A stretch of DNA of 29,136 nucleotides. Origin: Myxococcota bacterium (lineage in GTDB: Bacteria > Myxococcota > UBA4151). The notes below the pieces were generated by a model. It was not told the origin of the DNA. It was given only the letters and a program-made list of their open reading frames with translations, and ran no database searches. The translations under genes and the position numbers were made by a program. The stretch's first letter is position 1. Every line of letters begins with the position of its first letter. Positions 1-8,214 of this stretch are shown piece after piece. The stretch covers positions 1 through 29,136 of the forward strand of contig JBDQPD010000038.1 of assembly GCA_040260805.1 (NCBI GenBank). The letters run 5' to 3'.

Positions 1-111
1 CGGTGTGCGGTGCAGGCGCTCTGCCGCTCGGGACACGCTCCGCTCTTGGAGCAAGACATCAAGGACCACGAGCAGGTTGAGGTCGATCGATTGGAGTTGG
101 CGAGAATCCAT
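1..111 (-). CDS. LysR-family transcriptional regulator, N-terminal part (runs off the window; absent from the ORF track)
   Basis: Manual translation from ATG at 111: MDSRQLQSIDLNLLVVLDVLLQERSVSRAAERLHRTP, the typical LysR HTH start (DLNLL...SVSRAAERL). Divergent from an SDR gene. Confidence 0.9.
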   Translation of the reverse strand, partial: MDSRQLQSIDLNLLVVLDVLLQERSVSRAAERLHRTP

Positions 112-246
112 CTTTTAGTTTCATTCATGTTGGGTGTGTTTATTTCACTGTGTTCATGATGAGGCCTGACACATGGTGGCGTCAAACGGCGCCCAAATCG
201 CCTCGTTGGGACGGCGGAAAAGGGAGTCGATGGGAAGAAGGAGTCG

Positions 247-1134
247 ATGATGGACAAGCAGCAGACGGTCGTGATCACAGGCGGCACAGGCGGTATCGGG
301 CTGTACAGCGCGCTGGGGCTCGCTCAAACCGGATGGCGCGTCGTGGTCGTCGGGCGAGACCAGCAGCGCGGTGAGCAGGCGGTTCAACGCATCCACGCTG
401 AGAGCGGCAACCCGGACATCGAGTTTGTATGCGGTGATCTGTCGTCGGTGGCGGGGATCGATCAGCTCGGCGAGGTGTTGCTCGAGCTCGCCCCTACGCT
501 CGACGTGCTCATCAACAACGCCGGCTATCTCGGCAGCGAGTTCAGCCGCAACGCGGACGGTTTGGAGCGGCACTTTGCCGTGAACGTGATGGGACCTTGG
601 CGTCTGACCGCAGCGCTGTTGCCCGCTCTGCGTGCCGCGCCGCAAAGCCGCGTGATCAATGTGAGCGGTGGCGATCGACCCGCTCGAATCGACGTCGACA
701 ACCTGCAGGCGCAGAAAGGGTTTCGCGGGCTCATGACCTACACGCATTCGAAGAGTGTGATGGAGGCGATGTCGATCATCCAAGCGCGTGGCTATGAAGC
801 CCACGGGGTTGCCGTCCACGTCGTGTTCCCCGGGCGGGCGTCAACGGCGATGACTCAGTCCTTGTCGCCGAAGGCGCTGCCAGGGCCCATGAAGGTCATG
901 TACCCGCTGTTCCGCTGGATGTTTCGAGAGGACGGTGGACGCAGCGCGCAGCGAGCGTCCAAGTCGACAGTCTGGGCGGCCACAAGCGCCGAACTCGACA
1001 ACCGGACGGGCGTCTATTTCGATACGCATTGCCGAGAGCAAAAACTGCACCCTTCAGCCTATGACACGGGCGTCCATGCGCGCATATGCTCGGCGCTACG
1101 CAGCGCTGCGGAGCCGCTCGCCACCGAGCCATGA
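247..1134 (+). CDS. Short-chain dehydrogenase/reductase (retinol dehydrogenase/WWOX-like)
   Basis: TGGTGGIG Rossmann motif, DLSS, NNAG, YTHSK (YxxxK); GGAG just upstream; start at 247 or 250. Confidence 0.93.
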   Translation: MMDKQQTVVITGGTGGIGLYSALGLAQTGWRVVVVGRDQQRGEQAVQRIHAESGNPDIEFVCGDLSSVAGIDQLGEVLLELAPTLDVLINNAGYLGSEFSRNADGLERHFAVNVMGPWRLTAALLPALRAAPQSRVINVSGGDRPARIDVDNLQAQKGFRGLMTYTHSKSVMEAMSIIQARGYEAHGVAVHVVFPGRASTAMTQSLSPKALPGPMKVMYPLFRWMFREDGGRSAQRASKSTVWAATSAELDNRTGVYFDTHCREQKLHPSAYDTGVHARICSALRSAAEPLATEP

Positions 1135-1339
1135 GCGGGTTTCGAACTGCGCTCGTCCCAGGTTTGGCAACGCCTCGACGCAGTTCGCTTAGAGCGCAGC
1201 GTCTTGCCCTTTCTTAGTCCCAAATCCGTCCCAGGGCACCTCAAGGATAGCGGATTCGGGCAAGCTTGATACGGCTAGGCAAGGCATGCAGCATCGAATT
1301 GACCCGGGAATTCAATCACATTGGCGTCTGCTGGTGCGG

Positions 1340-1384
1340 TTCATCACCCGAAGGTCACTGGTTCAAGTCCAGTCCCCGCTACCA
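1340..1384 (+). pseudogene. 3' half of an initiator tRNA-Met (anticodon loop to CCA); not a complete tRNA
   Basis: TTCATCA-CCCGA-AGGTC-ACTGG-TTCAAGT-CCAGT-CCCCGCT-A-CCA parallels bacterial tRNA-fMet (CTCATAA-CCCGA-AGGTC...TTCAAAT...CCCCGCAACCA). T-arm pairs perfectly; no D-arm or 5' acceptor strand upstream. Confidence 0.88.
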
Positions 1385-1393
1385 AGCATGATT

Positions 1394-1438
1394 CAGGCGC
1401 TTAGCTGCTCAAACAGCTGAGCGTCTGTTCTGCTTTTT
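1394..1438 (+). terminator. Terminator-like hairpin after the tRNA fragment
   Basis: 14-bp stem CAGGCGCTTAGCTG (1394-1407) / CAGCTGAGCGTCTG (1414-1427) with two G-U pairs, followed by TTCTGCTTTTT. Confidence 0.6.
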
Positions 1439-1561
1439 AGCGCGTTTGGTCCCGTTTCGGTCCCGTTGCGCAAGACGCGGGACCAATTTATCAGAGCGGA
1501 ATTCGGTCGGGGCGCGGTTGTGCGGTATGAGGCTCAAGCAACCGCAGGAGATCATCGCGCC

Positions 1562-3823
1562 ATGAATCGATTAATAGCGTTCACTGCAATCACTCTAATG
1601 GCGCTGAGCAGCTGCTCCTTTGACGACAGCGTCCGTGATGGCAGCGGTGTCTGCGGTGATGGAACCCAACACGCGGCTGAGGCCTGTGATGATGGCAACC
1701 GCGTGAATGAGGATGCGTGCACCAACGGCTGCGCGCTCGCACGCTGCGGCGACGGTATCGCTCGTTCTGGGCTTGGTGTCGGTGAAGAGGGTTACGAAGC
1801 GTGCGATGACGGTAACGAGATCGACGCCGATCAATGCACGACGGACTGCGTCGTCGCCAGCTGTGGTGACGGCATCGTGCGCGCTGACCTCTCCGAGGGC
1901 ACGGCCGGCTTTGAGCGTTGTGACGACGCCAACGAGGACGACGCAGACGCTTGTCGAAATGACTGCCAAGTCGCGCGCTGCGGCGACGGCATGCGCCGTT
2001 TGGATCTGCAACCCGGCGAAGACGGGGCTGAAGCCTGTGATGATGGCAACGACATCGAGACCGACTGGTGTCTCACCGCGTGTGTTCGACCGATCTGCGG
2101 AGATGGTTTTGTTGGACCGGGCGAAGGTTGTGACGACGCCAACGAGGACCCTGAGGATGGCTGTTATCACTGTCAGGCTATTCCATGCGGTGACGGCGTG
2201 CTTGATGAGGGCGAAGGGTGTGACGACGGCAACATCAGCAATCAAGATCAATGCCTAAACAACTGCGTTCAAGCTCGTTGCGGCGACGGGTTTGTCGGTC
2301 CGGGCGAAGGTTGTGACGACGCAAACAATGACGACACTGATGACTGTGTGGGGTGCCGGCCGAGTACCTGCGGCGACGGGGTCGTTCAAGGGCCTGAGGC
2401 TTGCGACGATGGCAACGACAGCAACACCGACGCGTGCCTCAACACCTGTGCGCCCGCGCAGGTCGGTGATGGCTTTGTACACGAAGGGGTCGAGGAGTGT
2501 GACGATGGCAACCTCGATGATTCGGACGCCTGCACGTCGGCGGGACGAGTCGCTCGCTGCGGCGATGGGGTGGTCCGGTCGGGGCTGGATCCAGCGGACC
2601 CTGCTCACGAACAATGCGATGATGGAAATGATGATCAAACGGACAGCTGCCTGAGCGACTGCCGGCTCGCTTCGTGCGGTGACGGTCACCTGCGCGAGGG
2701 GGTTGAGACGTGCGATGATGGGGGCGAGGGCGGATGCCTCGAGGATTGCAGTGGGCGCTCGCTGGGGACGGCTGTGCAGATCGCTGCAGGTGCGCAGTCA
2801 ACGTGCCGTTTGTTGCGTAACGGAACCCTCGAGTGCTGGGGGTCAAACATTAGGGGACAGTTGGCGGACGGAACCACGGAAAATCGCAACCGCCCGACGC
2901 CTGTACGGTCGCTCACTCAGGTGACGAAAATTGGATTTGCCGATTCAAAGGCATGTGCGCTGCGTACGAACGGTGAACTCTATTGTTGGGGAGGGAATTT
3001 TTATGGCGGACTTGGTGACGGAACGACTCAGAACCGGTCGACTCCGGGGCTTGTACGGGGGCTAAATAACGTCATTGATTTTGATGTTGGTCGCGTGGGT
3101 TGCGCAATTGAGAACGATAGGAGCCTTCATTGTTGGGGTGAAAATGCTCACGGCGAGGTCGGTGACGGTACTGGTATCAATCGCCTACTTCCCGTGCCGA
3201 TTCTTGTAGGAGAAGAGGTCTTGATGGTGCGAGCCGGGATTCAGATGACATGCGCTCTTCTTGTCGATCGGTCGGTCCGATGTTGGGGGCGTGGCATCAT
3301 TGGTGATGGGACGCCCGAGGTCTCGAATTTTGGTATCCTTTCGCCAAGAACGGTGGCGAACTTATCAGACGTGATCGACCTCAACTTGTCGCAGGGTACT
3401 TATCATACTTGCGCTTTGCTGAGTGACCGCACTGCGCGATGTTGGGGGCGCAATCGTTATGGCGAAATCGGGGACGGAACACAGACGGTCAGGTTGGTGC
3501 CTGTGCCGGTTTCGGGTCTGGATTCGATTCGCCAAATCGATGTTGGTTCACAGCATACCTGTGCGTTGCTGATGAATGGTGAGGTTCGATGTTGGGGCAG
3601 GAATGAGTTCTGGCCGAGACTCGGCTTCCAAACCGACGATGCCTTCGTCTTGACGACAGATCGTGGACCTACTCTTGGCGGCTTTCGTGAGATCAGCATG
3701 GGCGACATGCATGTCTGTGGACTCCACAATAACGGTGGAACTTATTGTTGGGGCAGGAATATTTTAGGGTCGGTTGGAGACGGAACGTTTGAGAATCGTG
3801 TGGAACCGGTGCTGATCCCATAG
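1562..3823 (+). CDS. Lipoprotein with 11 DUF4215-type cysteine-rich repeats and a C-terminal 7-bladed RCC1/BLIP-II-like propeller
   Basis: Start moved to ATG 1562 (GGAG upstream; MNRLIAFTAITLMALSSC lipobox); repeated CGDG...ExCDDGN units; seven CWG-containing RCC1 repeats (e.g. CWGxNxxGxLGDGT). Confidence 0.88.
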   Translation: MNRLIAFTAITLMALSSCSFDDSVRDGSGVCGDGTQHAAEACDDGNRVNEDACTNGCALARCGDGIARSGLGVGEEGYEACDDGNEIDADQCTTDCVVASCGDGIVRADLSEGTAGFERCDDANEDDADACRNDCQVARCGDGMRRLDLQPGEDGAEACDDGNDIETDWCLTACVRPICGDGFVGPGEGCDDANEDPEDGCYHCQAIPCGDGVLDEGEGCDDGNISNQDQCLNNCVQARCGDGFVGPGEGCDDANNDDTDDCVGCRPSTCGDGVVQGPEACDDGNDSNTDACLNTCAPAQVGDGFVHEGVEECDDGNLDDSDACTSAGRVARCGDGVVRSGLDPADPAHEQCDDGNDDQTDSCLSDCRLASCGDGHLREGVETCDDGGEGGCLEDCSGRSLGTAVQIAAGAQSTCRLLRNGTLECWGSNIRGQLADGTTENRNRPTPVRSLTQVTKIGFADSKACALRTNGELYCWGGNFYGGLGDGTTQNRSTPGLVRGLNNVIDFDVGRVGCAIENDRSLHCWGENAHGEVGDGTGINRLLPVPILVGEEVLMVRAGIQMTCALLVDRSVRCWGRGIIGDGTPEVSNFGILSPRTVANLSDVIDLNLSQGTYHTCALLSDRTARCWGRNRYGEIGDGTQTVRLVPVPVSGLDSIRQIDVGSQHTCALLMNGEVRCWGRNEFWPRLGFQTDDAFVLTTDRGPTLGGFREISMGDMHVCGLHNNGGTYCWGRNILGSVGDGTFENRVEPVLIP
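1652..2749 (+). repeat. Coding tandem array of 11 cysteine-rich units
   Basis: Eleven xGDG...CDD units; exact DNA duplicate CCGGGCGAAGGTTGTGACGACGC at 2117-2139 and 2300-2322. Confidence 0.9.
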
Positions 3824-3952
3824 CTCCGGTCCACACCTAATTATCAGCGCTTATCGTTCGCCTAGCCAAACGACTTAGCGAGGAGCACATCACGCAGCTC
3901 AAGGTCTTTATCGAGAACATCGCCCGCGTGGCGTCTAAGGACCAAGATTTGA

Positions 3953-4132
3953 TTCAAGCGCTTGGATCAGAAGGGTGTCGTCGCCGCTCAAGCCTGCGGG
4001 ATCGTCTCGACCACTCTGTATCGCTGGGTGAAGCGCGGCGAGCGTCAGCCGGACGGACCCTGCGGCGACGGCTTTGTACACCAAGGCGAAGGCTGCGACG
4101 ACGGCTTCAGTCGCCTGTGTCAGGTCGAATAG
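3953..4132 (+). pseudogene. Gene debris: helix-turn-helix remnant joined in frame to one orphan DUF4215 unit
   Basis: Frame 2 reads ...VVAAQACGIVSTTLYRWVKRGERQPDGP-CGDGFVHQGEGCDDG-FSRLCQVE*, bounded by TGA 3950-3952 and TAG 4130-4132. Confidence 0.6.
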
Positions 4133-4386
4133 GACTTGGTTCGATTGATGCTGCTAGCTGTTCATTGGTGACGCAACCGATTCAAACTCAAAGGGGGACT
4201 GCATGTTCAACGCACGGTACTGGCTGCGTTGAGTACAGCCGTACTCTCTTGCTAACGCGCACCCGCCCGACGCGTGGTAGTGGGATCGGTAATGTTCTTC
4301 ATGTGGCGCATGGAGCAACAGGCAATCACACGATGGCAACCACGATCGATCAAACGCACAGAATTGAGCCGTGACTGACCGGTGAG

Positions 4387-6456
4387 CTATCCGCAGGAAG
4401 GACTGCCCTGAGGGTGACACATCTCAGCGCCACAACACTCGTTGCCGGGGCAAGGTGGTAAACCGGGTCCGCATTGTGCCGCACCACGTTCCTCGCAGCG
4501 CCCATCGATGCACCGCTGATGATCGGGGCACCAGTTGCCATCAGAGCATTCGGAAGCTTGACAAGCACCGGCCATACAAGTCTCTCCATCCGGGCAGCCG
4601 GCGTCGTCCATGCATTCAACAGGGTTGCCTTCAACGCAGCGACCGTCTGTGCAGCGCTGCTCAGGATGGCAGTCGTTGTCATCTGTGCATTCCGGAGGTC
4701 CGCAGGCGCCGGCCATGCAGATCTCTTCGTCAGGGCAATCGGCATTTTCCACGCACCCGAGTTGGCTGACCTCACAACTGCAGCTTTCACCGCAAATCAT
4801 GCCCTCTTCACAATCTACGTCATTCGTACATCCTAGTTCCGTGACTTCTGTGGCCTCAGGTAAATCACCAACGACATTTGCAGCATCATCAGTGCTAAAG
4901 CGGCAGTCTGCGCCAGCGCACTCGCCGCAATAAACGGCAACTGATCCGCTTTTGTCGACGAACCCATGTTCTCTTTGCTGCGAATCACTGTCTGCCATTT
5001 CAACTTGAACTGGAACATTTGCTGGATTGTTTAGCAGGGCAAGCCGCGCCAAATTGCTTTGAGCAAGGCTGAACGATCGTGTGCCAGCGACTGCGCGCGT
5101 CCCGTTGATGAACGCTGCATTTGGGGGACTTAAACAGGTTTTAATGTGCGCCTGGGCGTCGGTATTATTAATCACGGACAGGTTCCCTACTGACATTGCC
5201 CTTTGACCACTCCCGTCAAGCACGAGGGTATCTTGGGTTTCGGCTATATCTGTGTAGGCATCGATCTTCGTCGTGAGGGGCCTCGGACTTCGGTCGCGAT
5301 GCATGCGAATGAATTTACACGCGACAGCGATGAAATCGACACCAACACCGCAATCCCACTCGAAGCCACCATTACTAACCCTTGCGCCACATCCAATGTC
5401 GACGGGGTCAGCACAATTATCAGAGCTTTGACGGGAATCCGCCGCAATCCGTGTCGGAACCTCTACCCGAGAGCGGTCGAACCAATTATGAATGCCTATT
5501 CGAAGATCGACTTCGGCAATTGAATGCGTATTTCGGGCATTATCCGCGCCGATCCCCCCCCCCCAAGGCACCTTAAAATCAACCTCGCCACGTACCAGCC
5601 CTCGCATCATGCCGGTGTCATATCCCGCCGGTTGAAGTTCAACGCCGTCGCATGGGCCCTCAGTTTCGCACAAGAGACGAACTGCCGCAGTGCGATGGCA
5701 TTGGGACCGCCGAGTATCGCTGGCTTTTTTTCTGACCGCGCACCCCTGTTCCAAACATCGAGCGGGTGCGCGGAAGGCAGACCCTTGCAGCATCGCATCA
5801 CAACGCACCTCGGAACTGGCTTCCGTCACGCTCCCACCGCCATAACTTTGTGGTGCGTGTTCCTCGGCACATTCCGGTGTTTCAGGCCATTTACAGCCCG
5901 TCCTTTCCGCAGCATCCGGTTCCGCTCGAAACTGCTGCGACGTATTGGTGTTGATCACACCCACAAGCCGACATGTTGCGACGCAGGCTTGACAACGCTG
6001 TGATGACGCTCGCTCTGTGCGGCCACCTGCAGAGAAGTACTCACGCTTCAACTGCCGATGAATCCGATTGTTCGGATCATACATTCTATAATGAAGGAGT
6101 GCTTCAAAGCGACGAAGCCGCAGCGGTAATGATGGATCGGTTAAAGTGTCATCATTTAGCGCATTTTCAATGTTGCCTAATGTTCCTTCAGGCACCTGAT
6201 AAGAGCCATTTCGATGCTTAAAAGGGTAGGCGACGTTTTCAATGAGTGGTGCCGTTCCATCTTCCATCGCGGCAAACGCAACATCAGGTAGAGCAATCCC
6301 CTCACGGGCGAGCACTTCAAGAACGTTTGGCATCGTCGCCCGCTCGACATCTTCTTCACTCATTAAACGCCGATGTTCTTCGGGGAATTGTGGGTTATTA
6401 AGTTCATCTGAACATGCCCCGTTGATCAAGCAAAGCGCAGCAAGAAAAATCCTCAT
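4387..6456 (-). CDS. Hypothetical lipoprotein with an unrecognised central domain and C-terminal CxxDxDC cysteine-rich repeats
   Basis: 689-aa ORF; MRIFLAALCLINGAC lipobox; about five CxxDxxCxxxxxCxxGxC units; start overlaps the upstream stop (TAATG, 6454-6458). Confidence 0.8.
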   Translation of the reverse strand: MRIFLAALCLINGACSDELNNPQFPEEHRRLMSEEDVERATMPNVLEVLAREGIALPDVAFAAMEDGTAPLIENVAYPFKHRNGSYQVPEGTLGNIENALNDDTLTDPSLPLRLRRFEALLHYRMYDPNNRIHRQLKREYFSAGGRTERASSQRCQACVATCRLVGVINTNTSQQFRAEPDAAERTGCKWPETPECAEEHAPQSYGGGSVTEASSEVRCDAMLQGSAFRAPARCLEQGCAVRKKASDTRRSQCHRTAAVRLLCETEGPCDGVELQPAGYDTGMMRGLVRGEVDFKVPWGGGIGADNARNTHSIAEVDLRIGIHNWFDRSRVEVPTRIAADSRQSSDNCADPVDIGCGARVSNGGFEWDCGVGVDFIAVACKFIRMHRDRSPRPLTTKIDAYTDIAETQDTLVLDGSGQRAMSVGNLSVINNTDAQAHIKTCLSPPNAAFINGTRAVAGTRSFSLAQSNLARLALLNNPANVPVQVEMADSDSQQREHGFVDKSGSVAVYCGECAGADCRFSTDDAANVVGDLPEATEVTELGCTNDVDCEEGMICGESCSCEVSQLGCVENADCPDEEICMAGACGPPECTDDNDCHPEQRCTDGRCVEGNPVECMDDAGCPDGETCMAGACQASECSDGNWCPDHQRCIDGRCEERGAAQCGPGLPPCPGNECCGAEMCHPQGSPSCG
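5554..5564 (-). repeat. G11 homopolymer inside the 689-aa CDS
   Basis: 11 consecutive C on + strand, read as TGG GGG GGG GGG (WGGG) on the coding strand. Confidence 0.9.
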
Positions 6457-7262
6457 TAGGTACCCTCTCCGCAGCTCGTTTCGATTTGATCACAACCGGT
6501 TGTTAGCGCACATCGACGGTAAGTGTTGTCCCAAACTTGCTCCGTGCAAGACGCTTCACATTGGTTCTGTGTTCGTTCGCCCAGGAGTTGGCACGCATTG
6601 AGTCGCTGACATGTACTCGTGCAACTGGGCGGCTGAAGCGGTGGCATGCATCGTGCTACGACAACGTCGCAACTCGCTTGATCAATGCACTCGGTAAGGC
6701 TCACTTCCCAATCAACCGCGCAGCTCGATATCCATTGCGCTACGGCCTCTGATTCTAACGCGCTGCAACCGACAAGTTTGTTGGCAGCATTTCGGCAGGC
6801 ACTTTCATACGGTGCATTTAATAAACAATCCTCCACACCGCTGCACCCCGAAGCTTCGATACAACCCATCGCATGATTGGAGTATTGGAAGCAGGAGCAG
6901 GTTTCGAGTGTAAGGTCGTCTTCTAAATCACAACTTGAAAGAACTCGGCACGCACCAGCGCAGTGGTTCCTTTCCTCAGGTTCATAGCAGCCATCCAAAT
7001 CAGTACAGGTTGCCGTCGCTAGACAACTAACGATGACAGGACCAATCCGGCTGCATGCTGTTGAGCAATCGGCCATCGTTTCGGCGTTTGTATTTGTCGG
7101 ATCAGTTTTGCAGTTAATCATATTCGCACAAGCATCTCCACAAGGCGTGCCATCTGAAACCACAAGCGGCGGATCAACCACCGGATCCGCGCTGGTAAAT
7201 AACGAACATGAGGCAGCTAGGCTGAGCGTTGGCAATATGATAAGGTAGGCGATAACGCGCAT
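6456..7262 (-). CDS. Hypothetical cysteine-rich lipoprotein with four roughly 55-aa repeats
   Basis: Likely start ATG 7262 (MRVIAYLIILPTLSLAASC; AGGGG upstream); four imperfect CxxxCxxxxxC...C...C....C units; coupled to the downstream gene. Confidence 0.8.
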   Translation of the reverse strand: MRVIAYLIILPTLSLAASCSLFTSADPVVDPPLVVSDGTPCGDACANMINCKTDPTNTNAETMADCSTACSRIGPVIVSCLATATCTDLDGCYEPEERNHCAGACRVLSSCDLEDDLTLETCSCFQYSNHAMGCIEASGCSGVEDCLLNAPYESACRNAANKLVGCSALESEAVAQWISSCAVDWEVSLTECIDQASCDVVVARCMPPLQPPSCTSTCQRLNACQLLGERTQNQCEASCTEQVWDNTYRRCALTTGCDQIETSCGEGT

Positions 7263-7575
7263 GACGACCCCTGGGTTTTGACCGAGTGGTAAAGATATTG
7301 GTCTCATTTTCGCTGAGGGTCAACTGCAGGCAGCTAGGTAAACCAACTAATTTTACTACATTTTGACCCGATCAAGGGGCGCATTTTACTGGGCGATTTT
7401 TGCGCCTTGGTACACTTGGGCGCTGCCGATTCAGCGGCGCGCTAGTTAGATGGTGAATTGGTTTGGTAAGGCGCCTCTAGGTCGGCTCATGTGAGAGCCC
7501 GGGGGGGTGACTCCTAAATTGACGAATCGTCAGGCTTTTTGGAGCTCTTTAGACCTCAAAAACTCCATGGAAGGT

Positions 7576-8148
7576 TTAGCTTTTCAGGTTTTGGGTGACC
7601 CGGGTCATCAAGCGTTCGGACCACGGCTTGTGGAGGTTCGAACTCGCCAGCCGTTCGCGCACGGCGGAACCGACTAAGGCTTCACCGATGCTGGCGATCA
7701 CCACCAATTCAACTGCTTCTTCCAGGCGCGCACGCGGGTGTCCTGTCGCTTGAACCAAATGATCCACGACCTGCTTTAAGCCTTGTTCCTCCGCCGGTGG
7801 GAATGGGGTGCGCCCCTCGGCGATCAGCCAAGCGATCAGCGCCCCTGTTTTGGGTTGGGTGAGAGCATCGACCGCCTTGTCGACCGAGGTGCGTACGTCG
7901 TTGGAGCCCACGTCACTGAGTTGCCCGATGAGCGCCGCCCGAACGGTGCGACTAGCCCGCTGTTGCAAAGCCTCGATAATAGCCGGGAGGCCCTCGAAAT
8001 AGTAGAGAATGGCGGGGTGGGATACGCCCATGCGCTTGGCGATCTGGCGCAGGGTCACGGCGCTTGGCCCGTCCTTAAGAAGCAGATCTTCGGCACTGTC
8101 CAGAATACGGATTTTCATCGCTTCGGGATCGCGTTTTGGGCGTGGCAT
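7576..8148 (-). CDS. TetR/AcrR-family transcriptional regulator
   Basis: MPRPKRD...RILDSAEDLL...GPSAVTLRQIAKRMGVSHPAILYYF HTH; 190 aa. Confidence 0.93.
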   Translation of the reverse strand: MPRPKRDPEAMKIRILDSAEDLLLKDGPSAVTLRQIAKRMGVSHPAILYYFEGLPAIIEALQQRASRTVRAALIGQLSDVGSNDVRTSVDKAVDALTQPKTGALIAWLIAEGRTPFPPAEEQGLKQVVDHLVQATGHPRARLEEAVELVVIASIGEALVGSAVRERLASSNLHKPWSERLMTRVTQNLKS

Positions 8149-8166
8149 ACAATTGTCCTATTGACG

Positions 8167-8190
8167 TTTACTTACCACTCGGTAAACAAA
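8167..8190. promoter_or_regulatory. Candidate TetR operator in the divergent intergenic region
   Basis: TTACC-ACTC-GGTAA (8172-8185) with outer TTT/AAA symmetry, next to TTGACG at 8161-8166. Confidence 0.6.
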
Positions 8191-8214
8191 CTGGGAATAT
8201 GGAGGCAAATGATC

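Larger units (their letters stand above)
1154..1486. mobile_element. Putative tyrosine-integrase attachment site: tRNA-derived core flanked by arm-like GTCCC repeats
   Basis: CGTCCCAGG at 1154-1162 and 1227-1235; GTCCC pairs 11 bp apart at 1217/1228 and 1449/1460; TTGGTCCCG (1446-1454) inverted as CGGGACCAA (1478-1486); tRNA 3' half in the middle; IHF-like ATTCAGGCGCTTA (1391-1403, one mismatch to WATCARNNNNTTR). Confidence 0.6.

Noticed and set aside
120..165. Specific LysR binding box
   Set aside because: AT-rich with partial dyads (TCA-N9-TGA) but too weak to define a site.
1300..1384. Intact tRNA-Met gene
   Set aside because: No 5' acceptor strand or D-arm, and the anticodon stem does not pair; only the 3' half is present.
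1652..2749. CRISPR-like periodic repeats
   Set aside because: Repeats are degenerate at third codon positions and encode protein units; no cas genes.
2770..3823. Diversity-generating retroelement target, or inhibitor of the nearby beta-lactamase-like enzyme
   Set aside because: No reverse transcriptase or template/variable repeat pair seen; the RCC1/BLIP-II fold alone does not imply inhibition.
3928..4374. 148-aa ORF as a real gene
   Set aside because: Arg-rich, non-protein-like over most of its length; the meaningful fragments at 3953-4132 lie in another frame.
7498..7547. IS end or REP element (G7 run, TGACGA-A-TCGTCA hairpin)
   Set aside because: Single copy with no transposase or partner end; could be a weak terminator for tetR.
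7783..8214. Long N-terminal extension of the serine hydrolase
   Set aside because: Antisense to tetR; RBS and lipobox indicate a start at 8215.
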